From positions 2,670,001-2,702,000 of the forward strand of contig NC_014833.1 in assembly GCF_000179635.2 (NCBI RefSeq): a DNA stretch of 32,000 bases. Reading direction: 5' to 3'. Origin of the DNA: Ruminococcus albus 7 = DSM 20455 (GTDB lineage Bacteria; Bacillota; Clostridia; Oscillospirales; Ruminococcaceae). The translations under genes were made by a program, and so were the position numbers. The notes beneath the pieces are model-generated. The model searched no databases. It was not told the origin of the DNA and worked only from the letters and a program-made list of their open reading frames with translations. Positions 18,147 through 25,038 of this stretch are shown here, one piece after another. Every line of letters starts with the position of its first letter. The first letter of the stretch is position 1.

Positions 18147-18183
18147 AGAGCGTGGACACATAAATGTCCACGCTCTTTCTTTA
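18147..18183 (+). terminator. Rho-independent terminator of the 17545 gene
   Basis: AGAGCGTGGACA (18147..18158) pairs with TGTCCACGCTCT (18165..18176), followed by TTCTTT. Confidence 0.7.
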
Positions 18184-18210
18184 TGTGTAAAAATATACCT
18201 CACCGGAGAT

Positions 18211-18240
18211 CAAAAAAAGGGCTGTACCGAAGTACAGCCC
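18211..18240 (-). terminator. Rho-independent terminator of pilB-pilT
   Basis: The minus strand reads GGGCTGTAC-ttcg-GTACAGCCC followed by TTTTTTT (the plus-strand A-run at 18212..18218). It lies 9 nt after the pilT stop. Confidence 0.8.
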
Positions 18241-18248
18241 ATAAATGC

Positions 18249-19319
18249 TTAGATATTCTGATTGATGTATCTGTTGAGGTCGTTTGCGTTTACGCACTTT
18301 TCGAGAGCGACCTCCTTGGAGATAGTTCTGTTTCTGACCAGCTTAGCAAGCTCCTGATCCATAGTCTGCATTCCGACAGCCTTACCTGTCTGCATAGCAG
18401 AACCGATGAGGTGAACCTTATCGTCACGGATCATAGCCTTGATGGAGTCGGTAGCGTTCAGGATCTCACAGCAAGCTACACGGCTTGTACCGTCAAATGT
18501 ACGGCAAAGAGTCTGAGTACAGATACCAACAAGTACAGACGCCAGCTGAGTTCTGATCTGGTGCTGCTGGTGTGCAGGGAATACGTCGATGATACGGTCG
18601 ATGGTGGAAGCCGCATCAGTGGTATGAAGTGTGGACATAACCAGGTGACCTGTTTCTGCGGCGGTTACGGCAGCTTCGATAGTCTCGAAGTCACGCATTT
18701 CTCCGACGAGTATGATATCAGGGTCCTCACGGAGGGCAGCTCTCAGCGCCATGGAGAAGCTGGGAACATCGGGTCCGATCTCTCTCTGGTTGATCATACA
18801 TCTCTTGTGGGAGTGCAGATACTCGATAGGATCCTCAACAGTGATGATATGTGAAGACTTATGGATATTAACGTGGTCGATCATAGCTGCCAGTGTGGTA
18901 GACTTACCTGAACCGGTAGGACCTGTTACAAGTACAAGACCACGGGGACGCATAACGAATTCAGCCAGTACGGGAGGCAGATCCAGATCGGTAAGAGTAG
19001 GTATATCGTTTCTCAGCAAACGGATAGCGATAGCCGTATTGCCTCTCTGATGGTAAACGTTAACTCTGTGACGGAAGCCTCTGCTGGATACATAGGTAAA
19101 GTCGGTATCGATCTTATCCTTGATCTGCTGTCTCTGTCTGTCGTTACACATATCCTCACATACTCTGAGTATTTCGATCTCAGTCATATCAGGATAGCTG
19201 GACAGTTTTCTCAGGTTACCGCCCTGTCTTACGATAGGGGGGATACCAACTGTAAAATGCAAGTCCGAGCAGCCCAGCGCTCTGGATTCGTCCAGTATCT
19301 TGTTAATATCAATTGCCAT
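18249..19319 (-). CDS. pilT: Type IV pilus retraction ATPase PilT
   Basis: The ORF is 18249..19409. The preferred ATG is at 19319, after GGAGGT, giving MAIDINKILDESRALGCSDLHF, a typical PilT start. It has Walker A GPTGSGKST, GEMRD, and the His box LVMSTLHT. There is no N-terminal T2SSE_N domain and no tetracysteine motif. Confidence 0.9.
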   Translation of the reverse strand: MAIDINKILDESRALGCSDLHFTVGIPPIVRQGGNLRKLSSYPDMTEIEILRVCEDMCNDRQRQQIKDKIDTDFTYVSSRGFRHRVNVYHQRGNTAIAIRLLRNDIPTLTDLDLPPVLAEFVMRPRGLVLVTGPTGSGKSTTLAAMIDHVNIHKSSHIITVEDPIEYLHSHKRCMINQREIGPDVPSFSMALRAALREDPDIILVGEMRDFETIEAAVTAAETGHLVMSTLHTTDAASTIDRIIDVFPAHQQHQIRTQLASVLVGICTQTLCRTFDGTSRVACCEILNATDSIKAMIRDDKVHLIGSAMQTGKAVGMQTMDQELAKLVRNRTISKEVALEKCVNANDLNRYINQNI

Positions 19320-19424
19320 TTGTTTATACCTCCAAACAATATATTTATAGCTGGCTGTTAAACGTCTGATTTTTTGGATAGTATGCTGACGCGACACCCC
19401 AACAGCCACCTAAGCTCAACTAAT

Positions 19425-21101
19425 TTATACAGCGTAGGTAACACGTACCAGCTCGTCCATAGTAGTTCTTCCCTGCTGAACAAGCTCAGAAACGTTGTCA
19501 CGCAGCAGACGGCAGCCTTCTTCCTTGGCGAGTTCCTGTATCTGCTCACTCTTGGCACCTGCAGCGATGATCTCTTTCATCTTCGGGGTAGCCAGAAGTA
19601 TCTCATGGATAGCTGTACGTCCAACGTAACCTCTTGTACACTTTACACAGCCAACAGGCTTGTATACGGGTACAGACTCGGTAATGCCCATAAGCTCATT
19701 ATCCTCTTCTGAGGACATATAGCTTTCACGGCAGTTAGGACAAACGACCTTAGCAAGTCGCTGCGCAACAACGCCGATAAGCGATGTAGCAACCATGTAT
19801 GCATCAACGCCCATATCCACAAGTCTTGTAACAGTGGAAGCAGCATCGTTGGTATGAAGTGTGGACAGCACAAGGTGTCCCGTGATAGCGGCTCTGATAC
19901 CGATCTCAGCTGTCTCGGTATCACGCATCTCACCGATCATTATGATATCAGGATCCTGACGAAGGATAGAACGCAGAGCTGCCGCAAAGGTCATGCCTGC
20001 CTTTTCATTTATCTGACACTGATTGATGTTTGCTATCTTCTTCTCGACAGGGTCTTCGACGGTGATAACATTGAGGTTCGGCTTAGCGATCTCACCAAGC
20101 GCCGCATAAAGTGTGGTAGACTTACCTGAACCGGTAGGTCCTGTAACCAGTACCACGCCCTGAGGAACCTTCAGACAGGAAACGAATCTCTTATAGTTAT
20201 AGTCTGTCATACCCAGATCCTGAATACGTCTTACAGAGCTGTCACCGGCGAGGATACGGAGAACGACTTTCTCACCATATACCATAGGAAGATTGGATAC
20301 ACGGAGGTCAACGGTAGTACCGTCGATGACCTGTGACATACGTCCGTCCTGAGGTATACGCTTCTCAGCTATGTTCATACCTGAAAGGATCTTGAATCTT
20401 GTTACAAGCGATACATGGATCCTTGCATCAAGGTCATCCATAAGGGGAACCAGGTCACTGTTGATACGGACTCTGATCTTGGTATTATTCTTGAAGGGCT
20501 CGATATGTATATCGGTTGCGCCCTGACGGTAAGCCTGTTCAACTATGGCAGTTGCCAGCTTAACGATAGGAGCGTTATCAACGGTATCAGAACTGAGGTC
20601 GATATCATTGAGATCAATGGTCTCCTCTTCCTTCTGCTGCTTAGCTTCCTCAGCCACCTTTGCTGCAGTACCCTCAGAGTACATCTTACCGATCGCTCTG
20701 TTGATAGCGCCCTTGGTAGCCAGCTGAGGTGTGATGTTACAGCCTGTGACCATTCTCAGATCTTCAAATATGTACAGGTTCATAGGATCGCTTGTTGCGA
20801 CCATAAGACGTCTGCCTATCTTCCTTACAGCTATAACGCCTGATGCCCTGGACTTGGCTTCGGGTATGAGCCTTACAACATCAGCGTTCAGCACAGTGTT
20901 GTCAAGGTCGATGAACTCAATGTTCATTCTCTCCGCCAGAGTTTTAGCAAAATCAACATCGCTGACAAGCTTCATCTCAACGACGAGATCACCGAACTTC
21001 TTGTCCTTTTCCGTTTTTTGCCTTTCAAGGACAGCGTTAAGCTCCTCTTCGGTCAGCAAGTTCTTTTCAAGCAAATATTGTCCGATTGGTCCGTTTCTCA
21101 T
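19425..21101 (-). CDS. pilB: Type IV pilus assembly ATPase PilB (GspE family)
   Basis: 558 aa. It has Walker A GPTGSGKST, GEMRD, LVLSTLHTNDA, and the tetracysteine motif CPNC...CVKC. The N-terminal T2SSE_N-like region carries two MshEN-like 24-residue motifs. RBS AGGAG lies 7 nt before the ATG. Confidence 0.92.
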   Translation of the reverse strand: MRNGPIGQYLLEKNLLTEEELNAVLERQKTEKDKKFGDLVVEMKLVSDVDFAKTLAERMNIEFIDLDNTVLNADVVRLIPEAKSRASGVIAVRKIGRRLMVATSDPMNLYIFEDLRMVTGCNITPQLATKGAINRAIGKMYSEGTAAKVAEEAKQQKEEETIDLNDIDLSSDTVDNAPIVKLATAIVEQAYRQGATDIHIEPFKNNTKIRVRINSDLVPLMDDLDARIHVSLVTRFKILSGMNIAEKRIPQDGRMSQVIDGTTVDLRVSNLPMVYGEKVVLRILAGDSSVRRIQDLGMTDYNYKRFVSCLKVPQGVVLVTGPTGSGKSTTLYAALGEIAKPNLNVITVEDPVEKKIANINQCQINEKAGMTFAAALRSILRQDPDIIMIGEMRDTETAEIGIRAAITGHLVLSTLHTNDAASTVTRLVDMGVDAYMVATSLIGVVAQRLAKVVCPNCRESYMSSEEDNELMGITESVPVYKPVGCVKCTRGYVGRTAIHEILLATPKMKEIIAAGAKSEQIQELAKEEGCRLLRDNVSELVQQGRTTMDELVRVTYAV

Positions 21102-21173
21102 AGATACGCTCCTAACCTCCGCCCTCAGCGGATAAATAAAATTTTGAATAAATTCTTAAATTCTTAATACCTC

Positions 21174-21202
21174 TTGTAATTCATGTAGAATTGTGTTAAA
21201 AT
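21174..21202 (+). promoter_or_regulatory. Sigma-A type promoter for pilD
   Basis: TTGTAA (21174..21179), a 17-nt spacer ttcatgtagaattgtgt (TGTGt -16 motif), then TAAAAT (21197..21202). Confidence 0.6.
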
Positions 21203-21230
21203 ATATATATGAAATGCGAATGCATATCAA
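21202..21230 (-). promoter_or_regulatory. Candidate divergent promoter for pilB-pilT
   Basis: The minus strand reads TTGATA (21230..21225), a 17-nt spacer, then TATATA (21207..21202). Its -10 abuts the pilD -10. This is weaker evidence because there is no -16 motif. Confidence 0.35.
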
Positions 21231-21256
21231 TTCTTTAAGAAAGGAGGAGATCAAAG

Positions 21257-22090
21257 GTGAATACCGAAACACTGTATCTTATAATAGTATACGCGTTTGT
21301 TTTTATCTTCGGAATATGTATAGGCAGCTTCCTTAACGTATGCATTTACCGTCTGCCGCTGGGTGAAAGCCTTATCAAAAGCAATTCCCACTGCATGACC
21401 TGCGGCACACCTATTAGAAAACGTGATCTTATACCGGTTGTCAGCTGGTGTCTGCTGAGAGGTAAATGTCACGCCTGCGGTGCCAGGATCTCTCCGAGAT
21501 ACACCGTAGTCGAGCTGCTGAACGGCATCTGCTACCTAATTATCTTCCTGCATTTTGATGTGGTATCTCATCCGCTGTACGCTTCCATCGTCGCGCTGAT
21601 GACCTCTGCGCTGATAGTAGTATTCTTCATGGACTGGGATACACAGCTTATAAATACATGGGTGGTAATATTCATAGGTGCGCTGTCAATACCTAAGTAC
21701 ATATTCTGCCGCCAGGAATGCAACTACACACTCACCAAGATGATTGTTGGTGCACTGGTGATAAGCATACCGCTGCTTGTGATCTCACTTGCGAGCCATG
21801 AAAAAGCTATGGGCATGGGTGATGTTTACCTTATGGCAGCCGCAGGACTCTTCCTGGGAACACCGAATGTAGTCATCGCTATGCTGATAGCCCTTATAAC
21901 AGGTTCCGTATGCGGCCTGATAATCAAGCACTCAAACGGAAGCTCCGTATTTGCTTTCGGACCCTATCTTGCAATAGGAATCGCGGTCGCTGCACTTTAC
22001 GGTGATCAGATAGCTGATTTCTACGTAAAGTTCACGGGGCTTGATGAAACACTATCGGAAGCCGCAATGGTCATCGCGAAGGTGCTCTGA
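21257..22090 (+). CDS. pilD: Prepilin peptidase / N-methyltransferase PilD
   Basis: 277 aa. GTG start lies 7 nt after GGAGGAG. It has an N-terminal CxxC...CxxC motif (HCMTCG...CHACG) and catalytic Asp contexts FFMDWDTQ and GMGDVYLMAAAG, within a multi-TM protein. Confidence 0.9.
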   Translation: MNTETLYLIIVYAFVFIFGICIGSFLNVCIYRLPLGESLIKSNSHCMTCGTPIRKRDLIPVVSWCLLRGKCHACGARISPRYTVVELLNGICYLIIFLHFDVVSHPLYASIVALMTSALIVVFFMDWDTQLINTWVVIFIGALSIPKYIFCRQECNYTLTKMIVGALVISIPLLVISLASHEKAMGMGDVYLMAAAGLFLGTPNVVIAMLIALITGSVCGLIIKHSNGSSVFAFGPYLAIGIAVAALYGDQIADFYVKFTGLDETLSEAAMVIAKVL

Positions 22091-22103
22091 TAATCAAAAA
22101 TAT

Positions 22104-22131
22104 CCGCTGAGTTATTCAGCGGTATTTTTTT
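22104..22131 (+). terminator. Rho-independent terminator of pilD
   Basis: CCGCTGA (22104..22110), loop gttat, TCAGCGG (22116..22122), then TATTTTTTT. Confidence 0.8.
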
Positions 22132-22168
22132 GCCCTTTTTTAGGAGCCTGTCACATTTGCTCAAAAGG

Positions 22169-22224
22169 TCTCCGCAGAAACACTGCGGAGATCTTTTCAG
22201 CAAGCGGCTGAATTCAGCCGCTTG
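22169..22224 (-). terminator. Two further hairpins closing the minus-strand pilin operon
   Basis: CAAGCGGCTG-aatt-CAGCCGCTTG (22201..22224) lies 15 nt after the 667-aa gene stop. TCTCCGCAG-n5-CTGCGGAGA (22169..22191) follows, with CCTTTTG after it on the minus strand and TCTTTTC on the plus strand. Confidence 0.55.
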
Positions 22225-22239
22225 TGAATTTGTTTTGGT

Positions 22240-24243
22240 TTAATTTACTCTCAATGAATTTCCATCATAAACGCACGCACAATTATCGTTAACAGTAACG
22301 GAAGAATTATTGAAAGAAACACTTACTGATGCATTATCATAAATGTACAGTTTCAAAACCTGACCAGGTGAAAATACGTTAACAATCTGCTTATAATTTT
22401 CAGCGGTTTCAGAAACGATCTCTGTAGTACCATCCTCTTCGCACAGTACGAAATGAGCAGGAGATCCCTGAATTGCTAATGAATTGTACCAAGGATTGAT
22501 ATCCTCGATGGTAATAGTTACTTCATAAGTACCTTCATAAGCGCATTCTTTGTAAATAGGTTTGATGGTGAATCCACCTTTCGAATATTTTTCAAAAATA
22601 TTCGGATCCGAACCAAAGACACCAAGATCTTTATCAGCAGCATCAAATACATGAAGATTCTCAAATACCTGACCAGCAGGTGCATTGTCCTTTGCTTCCT
22701 GAATTAATTGTTGGAATCTACTATCATTCTTATAATCATCACTGGTATAACCATCAACTATTGTAATACTTGTAGTACTACTAAAACCTGCAACATTAAA
22801 TGCAACAATGTCTTTCTGTTCATAGATAGCGTAGTATGTGTCAACAGAAGTATACTTTGCTCCTGATACGAACCAGCCTGCTTTTATATCTGCAGCAACT
22901 GCTTTAGGATCAGGATCTCCCGATGGAGCACCTGTAGCATCCGGCTTAGTATTCCAACCTATAAACTTATACGCACCTACTTTAGGATCATCACCATTTC
23001 CACGGTGAAAATCTACTGTACCGGTAAATCCATCAGCTTCAGAATAGAAGTCCGCCGTATCTTCCCAGTATGGTGGGGTTTGACCTGTATGATCTATATG
23101 ATGATCATCAAATCTATCTCTGAAAAGAAATTGGCCTGTCGGCTTATTTAAAACCTCAGAAGTATAATTACAATAGAAAACCAGTTTGTTAGATATGGGT
23201 GCTGATCTGTAATAATCGATAGGCTCGTTATTCTCTGAACTTATACCATTAAAATGTAGGAATGTATTAGTAGCGTAGTCCATTTTCTGATTTTTTTTAC
23301 CAATATCCATCCAACTATTATATATACTATCAGAGATAGAAGAACCGGAAGAAATAGTTTGCGTATCTAAAAGAGCCTTAGTCTCACTATTTTTTAATAG
23401 TATTTGTACTTTTTCACTCGACGGTTTTTCCCTTGTGTAAAGGATATAGGTATATGTTCCAGTTTCATCGAGATGATTTGAACCTAAGGAACCAACATTA
23501 GATGACTGGACAAGATTATTATAATCTATAGGGTTAAGAGCATTATCACGACTGCTATAGAAATATCCCTTCATATTTTTTTGTGATGCTTCATCCAGAT
23601 TGATGTTAACAAGCTCAAAATCACGACTCTGGTTGTAGACTACCTTTTTAAATTCATAACTAAGACCTTCACGACTGGGACGCATGAGCTCGATATCAAG
23701 GGTCAGGCACTTGCTCTTACCATTATCAAGAGTTTTCATAGAAGCATCAAACTTACAGCCGTAATCATTGTAAAGATCTTCTGAACGAAGGATGCCCATC
23801 TTGTCTATATCGATACCGGCATCATTAATCCTAGCTCTCAGTATACAACCCTTAGCGCCCTTTCTGTGAGCAACAGTACCCTGCGCATCATATCCAGCTA
23901 ACTGAGAACCTCTGATAGCATTATTATCGATTATAAGAACATCTGTCAGCTTTGCAGTAACAAACGGCTTACTTGTTGAATCAACAAGAAATCCATCGAT
24001 TAACTGGGGAACGCCCTTATAATCCTGAAGTACAACAACATTGGTCGCATATCTCAGTTCGTCATCCACGTTATCCATAAGAATAGAACCGATATCATTA
24101 GTATCGTCCATTGCTTGTGTTCTCTCATAGAACTTATTCACAGGTCTGATAAAATTAAGTATAGCACCCATTACCATTACCATAATCGTCGCAACGATAA
24201 TAAGTTCAATGAGGGTAAAACCTTTTTTATTCACTTTCTTCAT
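22240..24243 (-). CDS. Large modular type IV pilin (prepilin leader, pilin-sized module, ~450-aa C-terminal extension)
   Basis: 667 aa. RBS GGGGGTG. The class III signal is MKKVNKKG/FTLIELIIVATIMVMV (G-1, F+1, E+5). A Cys pair C163-x15-C179 resembles a pilin D-region. The long C-terminal part is beta-rich, for example YKFIGWNTKPDATG...DTYYAIYEQK. Confidence 0.8.
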   Translation of the reverse strand: MKKVNKKGFTLIELIIVATIMVMVMGAILNFIRPVNKFYERTQAMDDTNDIGSILMDNVDDELRYATNVVVLQDYKGVPQLIDGFLVDSTSKPFVTAKLTDVLIIDNNAIRGSQLAGYDAQGTVAHRKGAKGCILRARINDAGIDIDKMGILRSEDLYNDYGCKFDASMKTLDNGKSKCLTLDIELMRPSREGLSYEFKKVVYNQSRDFELVNINLDEASQKNMKGYFYSSRDNALNPIDYNNLVQSSNVGSLGSNHLDETGTYTYILYTREKPSSEKVQILLKNSETKALLDTQTISSGSSISDSIYNSWMDIGKKNQKMDYATNTFLHFNGISSENNEPIDYYRSAPISNKLVFYCNYTSEVLNKPTGQFLFRDRFDDHHIDHTGQTPPYWEDTADFYSEADGFTGTVDFHRGNGDDPKVGAYKFIGWNTKPDATGAPSGDPDPKAVAADIKAGWFVSGAKYTSVDTYYAIYEQKDIVAFNVAGFSSTTSITIVDGYTSDDYKNDSRFQQLIQEAKDNAPAGQVFENLHVFDAADKDLGVFGSDPNIFEKYSKGGFTIKPIYKECAYEGTYEVTITIEDINPWYNSLAIQGSPAHFVLCEEDGTTEIVSETAENYKQIVNVFSPGQVLKLYIYDNASVSVSFNNSSVTVNDNCACVYDGNSLRVN

Positions 24244-24255
24244 ATCAGCACCCCC

Positions 24256-25017
24256 TTATTCTTCTGCAACTTCAGCAGGATCACTATCGAATTGCTCAGG
24301 GGTTTTGAAACCGGATCCATCAAAGTAGATATAGCGCATATTGTCTTTTGTATTAGGCAATCCCATCGAATCAAGATCGATATTTACACCCTCTTGAGGA
24401 AGGCCATCACCTGTGATTTTCAGACAACCATTCATACTAGCACCGGAATTATGTCGCTTGACACCAAATTTCATATAACCACCATTAGGTGCCCAGAGAT
24501 GCGATGGGGTCGATTGCTGTCCGTTATCAACATGTGCATTATTAAAGAATGTGAAATCTGTAGAATTAAGTTCAGCTGTCCATTCATGCTGTACTGTATC
24601 ATAGTTATACAGCGTTACCCAGTATTCATTTTCTTCAAGGCTTAACTGTTCAGCAGATGAAAAGAATGAAAGATCAAATACACCGTCAGGGTCAGTATTA
24701 TCGAGCTTTGCATTATAGCCGAAAACATGATCATTAACAACAGTTGCAGACGTAAATGGAAAAGATATTCTCCACTGGTTAGTACCATTTGTCATGGGAC
24801 GAACATTTGAATACTCAGGATCAAGAACGCTTGCATAAGACGAGAAATGCTCAAGATTGGTCGACTGAGAATTTGTCTTTGTCATTCTGCTTGCGGACTT
24901 TGCCTGCGAACGCATAGAAGCGCTCGCAGCCATAACAAATCCCGTAGTAGCAACTGCAAATACACCCATTGCAATAATGCATTCGACAAGTGTCATACCT
25001 TTTTTATTAGTTTTCAT
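24256..25017 (-). CDS. Type IV pilin-like protein (minor-pilin/PilV-like)
   Basis: 253 aa. RBS GGGAGG. The leader is MKTNKKG/MTLVECIIAMGVFAVATTGFVM (G-1, E+5). Confidence 0.75.
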   Translation of the reverse strand: MKTNKKGMTLVECIIAMGVFAVATTGFVMAASASMRSQAKSASRMTKTNSQSTNLEHFSSYASVLDPEYSNVRPMTNGTNQWRISFPFTSATVVNDHVFGYNAKLDNTDPDGVFDLSFFSSAEQLSLEENEYWVTLYNYDTVQHEWTAELNSTDFTFFNNAHVDNGQQSTPSHLWAPNGGYMKFGVKRHNSGASMNGCLKITGDGLPQEGVNIDLDSMGLPNTKDNMRYIYFDGSGFKTPEQFDSDPAEVAEE

Positions 25018-25038
25018 AATTATGACCTCCCTCCTGCA

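Noticed and set aside
18114-18854. A 246-aa plus-strand ORF, plus other plus-strand ORFs over 18700..21135.
   Set aside because: They are antisense to pilT and pilB, which carry Walker A/B and His-box motifs. A plus-strand terminator (18147..18183) sits inside the start of the 246-aa ORF, and there is no RBS.
19320-19409. N-terminal extensions in the ORF track for pilT (19320..19409), pilC (31182..31223), the SUKH gene (12168..12197) and carA (4685..4705).
   Set aside because: In each case an internal start has a strong GGAGG-type RBS at correct spacing and restores the family-typical N-terminus. The upstream start lacks an RBS.
21102-21256. A c-di-GMP riboswitch (GEMM-I or class II) in the pilB leader, and likewise in the pilC leader (31182..31290).
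   Set aside because: The leaders are short (~60-100 nt) and very AT-rich. They lack the conserved GC-rich cores (for example the GGCAAACC / ACGCACAGGGC-type elements) expected of these riboswitches.
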